A stretch of DNA of 64,000 bases from a virus, in IMG/VR virus record IMGVR_UViG_2822571654_000002; one strand, 5' to 3'. This document shows positions 38,130-46,685 of this stretch, one piece after another (within the stretch, counting starts at the first letter, position 1; each line of letters opens with the position of its first letter). A program made the translations under genes and the position numbers. The notes beneath the pieces are model-generated. The model was not told the DNA's origin. It worked only from the letters and a program-made list of their open reading frames with translations, and ran no database searches.

Positions 38130-38937
38130 TGTTTTGCGCTCCTTTTTTAGATTTCATTTGAATAGTTAGTTGATCGAACTTTTCACGTAGCTTTTTAGGA
38201 GATAAGATATTCCCTTGCCAGAATGGATCTGCTTGGCACCAATCAATAACATCTTTAATCTCTTGTAATTCACGATTATCTTTTTCACGCATCAATCTAA
38301 AATCATTAGACCAAGTATCGAAGTTAGGCTCTTTTTGTTTAGGGTTATTACCCTTAATTTTTTCAAACAAATACTTCGCCCCGTTGATGTCGCAAGTTTC
38401 AAACTTGTGACGAGAAGGTTTTTCTTTCTTCTTTTTATCTTTTTCTTTATCTATATCTAATTCTTTATCTTCTTCTATATCTGTATCGTCACGTGACGTC
38501 ACGCAAGCGTCACTATCTTCATCCTTATTTTCTAGCGTTAATTGCTGCTGTTTCTTGCGTTCACGGTACTTTTTGTTTCGTTCTGCATTCAATTGTTTCA
38601 CACGTTCTAACCCATCGATGTTCTGATGTTTCTCCCAATTCGAGATGCATATGTATTGATCATCGGTGACGTCTATCATCCCGAACTGTTTGAACGTTTG
38701 TAACGCAAGTCTCACCGTTGCTATTGGTCTATTAAAAAGCGTTGAAAGCATTTCTTCTGTGAAAGGAATGTTTTCGCTCAAGAAAATGTAACCATTGGCA
38801 TTTGTTCTGCCTGCTTGAGACAACAATTTAATCCAAATAATTAGTAATGTATCTGCCTCTGGTAAACTTTCAATTAATCGAATCTTTTCATCTTCAAACA
38901 TACTAGTAGAGAGTTTTATCCATTTAACATCTGCCAT
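38062..38937 (-). CDS. Phage replisome organizer / replication initiator
   Basis: VKWIKLSTSMFEDEKI N-terminus; FWQGNILSPKKLREKFD C-terminus. Confidence 0.9.
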   Translation of the reverse strand: MADVKWIKLSTSMFEDEKIRLIESLPEADTLLIIWIKLLSQAGRTNANGYIFLSENIPFTEEMLSTLFNRPIATVRLALQTFKQFGMIDVTDDQYICISNWEKHQNIDGLERVKQLNAERNKKYRERKKQQQLTLENKDEDSDACVTSRDDTDIEEDKELDIDKEKDKKKKEKPSRHKFETCDINGAKYLFEKIKGNNPKQKEPNFDTWSNDFRLMREKDNRELQEIKDVIDWCQADPFWQGNILSPKKLREKFDQLTIQMKSKKGAQNNAESSGSNTNRYSQKGEYDYGF

Positions 38938-39159
38938 TTAGTTCACCTTCTTCATCCAACATTCATAACTTACATTGTCTTCCATGCCAGTAAACCGAAC
39001 CTTTTCTCTCCCCCTGAACTTACCTTCATGATAAAAAGTTCTTTCTGCCCTATATATTCGTTTAATTGGCGTTACATAGTCATAACCTCGTTTTTCTAAA
39101 TCACGAACTGCTATTAACATCTCTTTCATCGATCCACGCCTTACAGGTATCTTAAACAT
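38938..39159 (-). CDS. Hypothetical phage protein
   Basis: ATG overlaps the upstream TGA. Confidence 0.7.
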   Translation of the reverse strand: MFKIPVRRGSMKEMLIAVRDLEKRGYDYVTPIKRIYRAERTFYHEGKFRGREKVRFTGMEDNVSYECWMKKVN

Positions 39160-39335
39160 CACGCATTCGCCCTTTCGCATACCGCTATGTCGCCTTGAAC
39201 CTTAATTACTTTGTATCCTGGATAGCGATCAGGAGTAATGTACTCAATCGCCTTTACTCTTGCTTCTTTTTCATTCCGTGCGCCCTTCCACACCCACCTC
39301 GGAAGGACGACTTTAGATTGATTTTTGTCTAACAT
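39159..39335 (-). CDS. 58-aa hypothetical phage protein
   Basis: GGAG SD; MLDKNQSKVVLPRWVWKGAR... Confidence 0.65.
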   Translation of the reverse strand: MLDKNQSKVVLPRWVWKGARNEKEARVKAIEYITPDRYPGYKVIKVQGDIAVCERANA

Positions 39336-39350
39336 AGGTTTAGCATCTCC

Positions 39351-39977
39351 TTAGTTTGTTTGTTCTATTTTTTCTACTTGTTCTTCGATTTCAGAAGTTT
39401 CTTTTTCAGCCTGTTTAACCCACTTTGTTGATTTCTTAAGTACTTCTTCAGCTTGTTTTAATGTCAATTCGCCAACTTCTTTAATACTTAAGTGTCCTTT
39501 AATCGTTTCTTCATCCACTTTTCGAAGAGTAGCTAATTTTTTTATGTTTAATTTGATTGCACCGACTTGTTGAGCAGTAATCATTTCCTCTTGTATCTCT
39601 GGTAAATCTTCACCTGCGTAGATATACAAGCCTAATCCGTGAAGTGCAATTGCTTTTACTAAGCAACGCTGAATACTCGTATTAATGTCAAAGCTGTTAG
39701 GCTCTACAATCGGCTTGTTCTGATTGTTAAGTATCGGATGAATCTGACTTAGTGGTATTCCTTGTACAGTTACTTCAACCTCTACGAAGTAACCACAATC
39801 TGTTTTGAGGTAAGGCGCTCCATCAAATCGCTTTACTTCCCATGTTGCTGTTGGATCTACCTCACGAAGTTTTTTAACTGCCCATGCCCATGATAAGTAG
39901 TTAAAGCGCCCTTTCTTTTCAACATGTTCCTTGCAATCTATTTGAGCTAATTTAGAAAAGTAATTTTCAGTTGTCAT
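39351..39977 (-). CDS. Sak/Rad52-like single-strand annealing protein (DUF1071)
   Basis: FNYLSWAWA and QRCLVKAIALHGLGLYIYAGEDL motifs. Confidence 0.9.
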   Translation of the reverse strand: MTTENYFSKLAQIDCKEHVEKKGRFNYLSWAWAVKKLREVDPTATWEVKRFDGAPYLKTDCGYFVEVEVTVQGIPLSQIHPILNNQNKPIVEPNSFDINTSIQRCLVKAIALHGLGLYIYAGEDLPEIQEEMITAQQVGAIKLNIKKLATLRKVDEETIKGHLSIKEVGELTLKQAEEVLKKSTKWVKQAEKETSEIEEQVEKIEQTN

Positions 39978-39994
39978 ATGAATCTCCCTCTCCT

Positions 39995-40180
39995 TTAAAA
40001 TGGTGATGCTTCTGTTTGTTTAATAACTTCATATACTTCCGTAAGTACCTGTAATCCGTATTCGTAAGCCACAACCATTGATGCAGCATTAGGTTCTTTA
40101 CTTCGCTTATATCGTTCAACCAAACTCTTCATAATTTGAATTTCAGCTTCAATTTTGTTTTGTAGGACCATCTTATTCAC
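39995..40180 (-). CDS. Hypothetical phage protein
   Basis: 61 aa, in operon. Confidence 0.65.
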   Translation of the reverse strand: MNKMVLQNKIEAEIQIMKSLVERYKRSKEPNAASMVVAYEYGLQVLTEVYEVIKQTEASPF

Positions 40181-40727
40181 CCGCTACTTTCTCTGTAGAA
40201 TGAGACTTTACATATTGCCAAACATATCCACCGCTTTGTCTTAATTCTCCGAGGCATGCTCTACGAATATGTTGACTCCATACCCCAGTTTCACGTTCAG
40301 CTTCTCCGGCAGATTCAAATTTTGCTAATACTACACCTGTTACTTTATCTATCTGTAATACCGCTTTTGGTTTAGCGCTTCTCATTTTCTTTTTGATACT
40401 TATCAATCCGTTATCATAGGCGTGTTTTACATTCTCTGCATTTGTAGCCCATTCTAAGTTTGTGTAGATGTTGTTCCCTTTATTTCCGTCTTTATGATTA
40501 ACCAAAGGCTTATTTTCCGTATTTTTAACAAATGCTAAAGCTACCAATCTGTGTATAGGTACTGTCTTCTCCTTTCCTTCCATTACTAACTTAATTTTTT
40601 TATATCCGTTCCATTCAAAAGGCTTCAGGATTCTATGTTTCTTAAATTTAATTGACTTTACATTTCCTTTATTTGAAATCTCATAATGACCTTCGTAACC
40701 GTTAATTGGCTTCCACTGTTCTTTCAT
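40173..40727 (-). CDS. Free-standing NUMOD4-HNH homing endonuclease
   Basis: EQWKPINGYEGHYEISNKGNVKS (NUMOD4), IHRLVA...VNHKDGNKGNN...NLEW (HNH), NUMOD1-like C-terminus. Confidence 0.92.
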   Translation of the reverse strand: MKEQWKPINGYEGHYEISNKGNVKSIKFKKHRILKPFEWNGYKKIKLVMEGKEKTVPIHRLVALAFVKNTENKPLVNHKDGNKGNNIYTNLEWATNAENVKHAYDNGLISIKKKMRSAKPKAVLQIDKVTGVVLAKFESAGEAERETGVWSQHIRRACLGELRQSGGYVWQYVKSHSTEKVAGE

Positions 40728-40918
40728 TCTCCAGCCACCATCCTTCTTGCATGTCTTTCTAAAAATCCCGAAGCACATTCCTCACAAATGAGTGATCCTT
40801 CGAAGTTGTAATAAGTCATCCCGAAATATAGCTCACCATCACAGTCTTCACATTCTTCAATGAAGTCTCTTGCTGATGAATCGTGATGATTACCGTAAGT
40901 AATTGGATTTTCAACCAT
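40724..40918 (-). CDS. Small CxxC zinc-binding phage protein
   Basis: CEDCD...ICEEC. Confidence 0.7.
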   Translation of the reverse strand: MVENPITYGNHHDSSARDFIEECEDCDGELYFGMTYYNFEGSLICEECASGFLERHARRMVAGE

Positions 40919-41353
40919 TTTCACATTCCTCCTTATTTACTGGAAGAAACAAAATCTGTTATAATTTAGTTATGGATATTTAACATTTTTGTTTCTCTAA
41001 AACCGTCCTATTGGTGGGGGCGGTTTTTTATTTCTCAACAAAATAGACTGAATTTTCAATTTTTTTAACTGTCATTTTCATTGAGTTATTGATAAAATAG
41101 AATCAATCTATTGAAACACCCTTATTGGATACCTGTGCCTCCCCGTACAGGTATTTTTAATGCTAGTTTTTAACTAGCAGATGCATTGTTCTCACCCTTT
41201 CTGATGCTTCGCGCATCGGAATATCCAGGAACCCATTTACTAGGTGGGGATACCACTTGATCCCTGAATATTCCGACAAGCAAAGACTTGTCTTATCCTT
41301 GTAGGATTTTCCTCCTTTTTGTCGAATTACTTAGACTGGAAGGAGGTGTTTTT

Positions 41354-41602
41354 ATGAAACCAACTACTATAAATATTCGCGTTGATTTAGATGATATTTT
41401 CAAACTATCTCATCATGAAATTGTTGACAGTGTTTTAAAATACGTCCATGAACAATCACGCCAATATAATGATTTAACTCCAGAGAGCAGTCTAGAAATG
41501 GTTATAAAAGAAGCGACAAAAGCTTATGAAGATAACTTAAGAAAACATATGCATGAACGATATAGTGCTACTATTTCTGGTCAAGTTGAAGTACAACGTT
41601 AA
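41354..41602 (+). CDS. Hypothetical protein on the opposite strand
   Basis: AGGAGGTG SD before ATG at 41354. Confidence 0.65.
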   Translation: MKPTTINIRVDLDDIFKLSHHEIVDSVLKYVHEQSRQYNDLTPESSLEMVIKEATKAYEDNLRKHMHERYSATISGQVEVQR

Positions 41603-41863
41603 ATTCACAAATTTGCTTATTATTTAATAGAATTTTTACTTCTACAACAGCCTCTGTTACCGCAGGGGCTTGATTCTTGTTTTCTTCCACATGAATCACT
41701 CCTTTTATCAAATTTTATCTTGTTCATAAATTCGTAAAATCTTAATATAAAATTTTAATAGTTTTATGTTAAACTTATAACATTCCAAGAAGTCCTTTAC
41801 TTTTAGAATCGACAATTCTTCAATACCCTTAGTCTTGCCCTGCATCCCCTTGCAGGGCTTTTA

Positions 41864-42001
41864 TCATTTAGCAAGCGTGATATACCTCTTGTATGTTTCC
41901 TCAACCTTATCTGCGCTGTTATGTACACCCTTTACTCTTAAATTCTTTATAATCCACAAGATTTTCTTTCGTTCATATTCATCACGCTGCTGTTTATCCA
42001 T
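41864..42001 (-). CDS. 45-aa hypothetical early protein
   Basis: MDKQQRDEYERKKILWII...; start overlaps the upstream stop. Confidence 0.6.
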   Translation of the reverse strand: MDKQQRDEYERKKILWIIKNLRVKGVHNSADKVEETYKRYITLAK

Positions 42002-42117
42002 TACTGTTCATCCTTCATAAACCTTTTGTCTATCCTGTCCATCAAATAAATGAATCCTGCTGCCCCAATAACTAGAACCAATATCATGAAATGTGAGAAT
42101 GTGCTTTCTTCCATCAT
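42001..42117 (-). CDS. 38-aa single-TM early protein
   Basis: MMEESTFSHFMILVLVIGAAGFIYL... Confidence 0.55.
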   Translation of the reverse strand: MMEESTFSHFMILVLVIGAAGFIYLMDRIDKRFMKDEQ

Positions 42118-42165
42118 TTAAACCGCCGCCTTTATTATTTAATGGTCAAGTTAACCTCAATCAAG

Positions 42166-42505
42166 ATGACCTAAGGTCAAGTTAGTGTTGTTTTAAAAAT
42201 GACCTCATCCTACTAAGTCATCCATTGTTGTTGATAAAGCATTGGCTATTTTTTTTAATGTTTCAATCTTAGTTGATTTAACACCTAATTCTATCTTCGA
42301 AACCATGCTCTCACTGATTTGTGATAGTTCAGCGAGTTGTTTTTGTGTAAGTTTTTTACTCATACGAAGTTCTTTTATGTAACTCCCTTTTATTTTCATC
42401 GGCTTCACCTCTCGATTACATTTTCATTGTACACCTAACTTGACCCTAGGTCAATTATTTATTTGAAAATTTATTTTTCAAAACAAGAAATAGACTAGTG
42501 GTCAA
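42166..42505. promoter_or_regulatory. Three putative operators TTGACC-N3-GGTCAA
   Basis: ATGACCtaaGGTCAA 42166-42180; TTGACCctaGGTCAA 42440-42454; TAGACTagtGGTCAA 42491-42505; extra half-site GGTCAAG near 42144. Confidence 0.7.
42205..42408 (-). CDS. Cro-like XRE regulator
   Basis: 67-aa HTH, divergent from the repressor, first gene of the lytic operon. Confidence 0.85.
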   Translation of the reverse strand: MKPMKIKGSYIKELRMSKKLTQKQLAELSQISESMVSKIELGVKSTKIETLKKIANALSTTMDDLVG

Positions 42506-42591
42506 GTCTTATGTAAAATATATACTATAGTCACTGTAAAACAAAACCATTAAAATTTCATATAAAACAGTTATTAAAGGGGAATAAAATC

Positions 42592-42948
42592 ATGTTACCT
42601 ATACTATCCATTAGGATAAAAGAACTAAGGAAAGAGAGAAAATGGTCTCAGAAAGAATTAGGAGAAAAAGTAGATGTTAGTGAATCTTTCATTTCGAAAG
42701 TCGAATCTGGAAAGAAGCAACCTTCAAGAGAAGTAACTGCAAAAATCGCAGAAGTATTTAATGTAACTACAGATTTCTTGTTAGGGCGAAGTGCAGAAGA
42801 AAAACTAAACGAAATGTTAGACGTAAAATTCAGGGCGATGAAGGAACGATTAGCTAACCTCCCTGAATCCCAACGTGAAATGATTATGAAACAAGCAGAG
42901 AATTTAATGGCAGAGTTCGAAAAACTAAATAACCAGCCGGAAAAATAG
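42592..42948 (+). CDS. CI-like XRE repressor (no peptidase domain)
   Basis: IKELRKERKWSQKELGEKV...VESGKKQPS...TDFLLGR. Confidence 0.88.
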   Translation: MLPILSIRIKELRKERKWSQKELGEKVDVSESFISKVESGKKQPSREVTAKIAEVFNVTTDFLLGRSAEEKLNEMLDVKFRAMKERLANLPESQREMIMKQAENLMAEFEKLNNQPEK

Positions 42949-42980
42949 CCAACCCCATTACGAGGCGTGGCTATTTTTTT
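42941..42980. terminator. Bidirectional terminator between cI and aimX
   Basis: AAAAATAGCCA...TGGCTATTTTTTT. Confidence 0.75.
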
Positions 42981-43089
42981 ATTCTGTATTAAACAACATT
43001 TCAATATATGAATCAATTGTTTGTTCATCGTTATTAGATAATTCAGCAGCTTGCAATAAAAATTCCTTTAAAACCTCATCTCTTGTCAT
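42979..43089 (-). CDS. aimX: AimX candidate (36-aa ORF and/or RNA convergent on cI)
   Basis: GGAGG SD; MTRDEVLKGILLQAAELSNNDEQTIDSYIEMLFNTE; canonical position downstream of aimP. Confidence 0.6.
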   Translation of the reverse strand: MTRDEVLKEFLLQAAELSNNDEQTIDSYIEMLFNTE

Positions 43090-43188
43090 CCCCGACATCC
43101 TCCAATAGCTTTATAGTCGTTTGTGAATATTTCACAATTTTTTCTTGAATATTAAATCCGATATTTAGGAAATATCCCTAGAAACAGC

Positions 43189-43222
43189 GAATGCGATTGC
43201 CTCTATTGAGACAATCGCATTC
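43189..43222. promoter_or_regulatory. Inverted repeat between aimP and aimX (aimP terminator and/or AimR site)
   Basis: GAATGCGATTG-N12-CAATCGCATTC. Confidence 0.7.
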
Positions 43223-43257
43223 ATAATATTTATATCGTAACCTTTGGGAACGGGATA

Positions 43258-43416
43258 TTAGCCCATTCCGCCTCCAGGATCAACCATCATTCTATACGTA
43301 TTTTCCTGAACAACCTTTGCTGTTTGCGCTGACTGTTCTTTCTGCTCTTTAGCAGGAGTTATGTATAGTACTCCGACTAAGGCAACTGTTGCTACTATAG
43401 CTAACACTTTTTTCAT
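43258..43416 (-). CDS. aimP: Arbitrium pro-peptide AimP (52 aa; predicted mature MMVDPGGGMG)
   Basis: MKKVLAIVATVALVGVLYITPAKEQKEQSAQTAKVVQENTYRMMVDPGGGMG; ATGA overlap with aimR; below track cutoff. Confidence 0.88.
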   Translation of the reverse strand: MKKVLAIVATVALVGVLYITPAKEQKEQSAQTAKVVQENTYRMMVDPGGGMG

Positions 43417-44642
43417 TTAGCATCACCCTTATACATTATACCAATTTTATTAAATTCTACCAACATCTTTCTAGGTAATTTGCTATAAAACCTATTACCT
43501 GCACACTCGAAATCTACTAATGATTCTTTTAATAAATCAATGTCTTTCAACGCATATCCTAATATGCATTTTTTCATAGGACTCAACTTCTCATCTTTTC
43601 TTTCAGTTTCCTTTAAAAGTTTCACCGCCACATCAGAATGACCGATTAACACTTGATAAAAGGCTTCTTCACATACGTTATATATTTCGATTTCCTCCAG
43701 TCCTTTATTATAGACAAGCTTAATAAAAGCAAAAGTATTCATAACATTTTCTTTTCTTTTAATCGCTCTCTCAAAATGGCATGCACCTAACATTTCTAAC
43801 GATTTATTGATGTACCAAGAAGCTCTTTCATAACTTTCGAAAGTATAAGATTCTGCGAGGTATACCAAAGCTGACACCCTTAAAAGAGAAAAACAATTTT
43901 TTTCATCTTTTAAATGCATAATTTCATGACACAATTCTCTTGATCTATCAACATTATCTTGCATTAAATAGGCGTAAGATAAGCCTTCTTTAATTCTTCC
44001 CGCATATGCTGTTCTAATAAAAGCATCTTGAATTTCTTCGACTTTAGGCAGTAATACTTCAGCGTATTCGAATAATGAATTGAATTTCTCTAAATCATAC
44101 ATCGTATAAAAAGTTAGTATTCCGTATAAAACCTTCATTTCTTGTGTCTTAATTACCTTACTTTTCTTACGATCTTCTAATTTCTCTAATAAATTTTTAC
44201 CACTAACGACACCTTTACTTCGCATCCATACCAATTCGTATACATAAGCCCATTCTCTATTCATCGCCAACGAGGACGTTTTTTCTATATCTACAATTAA
44301 TTTTAATAATTCTAAGTCACCTGTTGAATTTGCATATTCCATTGCAATTCTCAAATTTTGTTTGCTCTTTGTAACCGAGCAAAACTTATGTATCATCTCT
44401 TTTTTCTTTAAAACATTGTCAACGTACAAGATATTAAGCAACTTAATCATATTCCAAAAATTAAATTGACTTTTACCTGATAAGTTTTTCGAGAGTGCCC
44501 CTCCTGAAATACCTAATTCTTTTGCGATGTCTTCTTGATTCCTTCTTTGAAAATCAATTTCGTCGATAATGCTACTTAAGAATTTCATTAATGCTTTTCT
44601 TTTTAACTCTTCTTTTTTTTGTATAAGTGTCTGATCCATCAA
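43413..44642 (-). CDS. aimR: Arbitrium receptor AimR (HTH plus TPR)
   Basis: N-terminal HTH, NLRIAMEY and NREWAYVYEL motifs, helical TPR region, adjacent pro-peptide gene. Confidence 0.9.
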   Translation of the reverse strand: MMDQTLIQKKEELKRKALMKFLSSIIDEIDFQRRNQEDIAKELGISGGALSKNLSGKSQFNFWNMIKLLNILYVDNVLKKKEMIHKFCSVTKSKQNLRIAMEYANSTGDLELLKLIVDIEKTSSLAMNREWAYVYELVWMRSKGVVSGKNLLEKLEDRKKSKVIKTQEMKVLYGILTFYTMYDLEKFNSLFEYAEVLLPKVEEIQDAFIRTAYAGRIKEGLSYAYLMQDNVDRSRELCHEIMHLKDEKNCFSLLRVSALVYLAESYTFESYERASWYINKSLEMLGACHFERAIKRKENVMNTFAFIKLVYNKGLEEIEIYNVCEEAFYQVLIGHSDVAVKLLKETERKDEKLSPMKKCILGYALKDIDLLKESLVDFECAGNRFYSKLPRKMLVEFNKIGIMYKGDAK

Positions 44643-44734
44643 ATTTGCTCCTTTTGGAACAAAGACGCTTCGCTATTTTCCTCAAATTATAAACAGGAAA
44701 TTCATACCACAGTAATGCTTTAGTAATATCGGCA

Positions 44735-44860
44735 TGTTATAATGTAATTGTTACTCATGAAGTGACCGAAAAGAGACTTATGGCAGATGTTCCCCTGGTG
44801 AGTCGGGCGAACGGTGTAAGAGTGGTGCGAACACTACTTACACACGCTGTGAGTCTTTTT
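44735..44860 (+). ncRNA. Candidate ~100-nt structured RNA divergent from aimR
   Basis: TGtTATAAT at 44735-44743; GTAAG-AGTG-GTGCGAA-CACT-A-CTTAC hairpin; GAGAC...GAGTC-T7 closure. Confidence 0.35.
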
Positions 44861-45147
44861 TTCGTTCCGTTTATTTTATTATTTTCATAATATCATATTT
44901 TTGCCAAAATTCAGTCGTGTGGTTATCAGAAAAATGTTGAGAAAGTTTGAAAATAGCTTTATATCAACGCTTACGGATAAGGATATGCAATAGTGCATCT
45001 TTCTTTATGAAGTACTCTTATGCATGTTTTACTGTATTAACCAAGAGAGCTGCAGCTCTCTTTTTTTATTTATGATATCCCACCTTGAGAATCTTTAAAT
45101 TACTTTAATATGATATAATAATTTGAATTACATATAGGAGGTATATT

Positions 45148-46530
45148 ATGAAAAAGAAACTTACGCTAATGATGCTTCTGTTTATATTGATGGTAGGATT
45201 ACATCCTAATTCAATGACAAAAGCAGAAACCACAAGCACACAAGGGGAACAATTTGAACAAGGGAAGTATGATTTAAAAGCTGGATCTCCATTTGGATAT
45301 AACTGGAATAAGAACTCACCTTATGCGGGAACAGAAACAGGTAAAGTGAAATGGGAATACAAGCTTTATAAAAAAGATGGTGATATTCAATTGTTTAGTG
45401 CTCCACCAGCAATTGGGAATGATGGGACAATTTATATTGGAAACTACAATCGTAAATTGTATGCATTAAATCCCGATGGCTCCATTAAATGGATTAAAGA
45501 TGATGTAGCATATTCAAATACTAAACCAGTTATAGCGGAAGATGGAACTATTTACGTTGTATATAGAAAACTAACAGCATTAAATCCCGATGGCTCCATC
45601 AAATGGCAAGCTAAAGATGAAAATGCTATAAACACACCTATTATAGATAGTGAAGGTACAGTTTATGTACATACTCCAAAATCAATAACTGCTTATAATT
45701 CGGATGGATCAAAGAAATGGGAATCAAGTAAGATGTTTGAAGGGGCTAATAGTGGTAAGAATTCTATGCTAATGTCAAAAGATGGAATCATTTACACTTT
45801 ACTTTCAAGTGGCGAAAACTATTTTCTATATGCCCATGATAAAAATGGTAAAGAATTATGGAATAAAAAGGCTAGGGGGGATGCGGGCAACCCTGGTTTT
45901 TCTCTAGGATTAAATAATGAATTATATATAAATGGTGGATCTGTTATCCATATTTTTGATAAAGACGGAAATCTAATAAAGCAGTGGCAGCCAGATAAGA
46001 TGCGTTCAATAACTGCTACTACAATCTCTTCGAAGGATGGAACAATATATATAACTGGAGATGGCTCGGTAGCTGCGTATAATCAAGACTATACATTGAA
46101 GTGGAAAACTTTATCGGATGGAGGGCTTGGGAACTCACCAGTAATAGATAAAAATGGTGTAGTTTATGTTAATTCAAAACAAGCATTATACGCAGTAAAT
46201 CCCGATGGAACGCTAAAATGGAAGATGCCATTTTCATTATTTCATCCTGGTTCTACCAATGATACTATAATTATTGATAAAGATGGAACTTTATACTTGC
46301 CGGGATATGTACCAAAAATTAATTACTACGGTCCTGATGAAACGTATTATTCATTAGTAGCTATTGGCGACTCTTATACAGACACTGTGTGTACTAAAGA
46401 TAGTACATACATGGAAGTACTTAAATCGCTGGAAGCAAAGAGTAAGACTGCTAAGTTAACAGATGAAGAGAAGAAGGAAGCACGTGATATTTTAAAAAAA
46501 TTATCGGCTGATCTTGATAAAACAGAGTAG
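45148..46530 (+). CDS. Secreted PQQ-like beta-propeller cell-surface protein
   Basis: Signal peptide; repeated P.IG.DGTIY...L.ALNPDGS.KW blades. Confidence 0.88.
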   Translation: MKKKLTLMMLLFILMVGLHPNSMTKAETTSTQGEQFEQGKYDLKAGSPFGYNWNKNSPYAGTETGKVKWEYKLYKKDGDIQLFSAPPAIGNDGTIYIGNYNRKLYALNPDGSIKWIKDDVAYSNTKPVIAEDGTIYVVYRKLTALNPDGSIKWQAKDENAINTPIIDSEGTVYVHTPKSITAYNSDGSKKWESSKMFEGANSGKNSMLMSKDGIIYTLLSSGENYFLYAHDKNGKELWNKKARGDAGNPGFSLGLNNELYINGGSVIHIFDKDGNLIKQWQPDKMRSITATTISSKDGTIYITGDGSVAAYNQDYTLKWKTLSDGGLGNSPVIDKNGVVYVNSKQALYAVNPDGTLKWKMPFSLFHPGSTNDTIIIDKDGTLYLPGYVPKINYYGPDETYYSLVAIGDSYTDTVCTKDSTYMEVLKSLEAKSKTAKLTDEEKKEARDILKKLSADLDKTE

Positions 46531-46685
46531 TAAACTTGGGCAGATCATTACAGATATAGTAACTTTTGAAGGGAGAGGGCTACGGCTCTCTTTTTTATAA
46601 CCTAACAAAGAGATATATGTAATATTTTTCCGTCAATATATATATTTGTTATATAATCATATTGAAAGAAAGGGGAGGGGAAGGA

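Larger units (their letters stand above)
1..44950 (-). mobile_element. Temperate siphovirus-type prophage (B. cereus group, arbitrium-regulated); left end outside window, right end approximate
   Basis: Complete ordered modules aimR/aimP-cI/cro-replication-arpU-terS/terL-portal-capsid-tail-holin/lysin. Right boundary inferred from the end of phage genes after aimR and the start of unrelated cargo at 45148; att core not identifiable. Confidence 0.93.
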
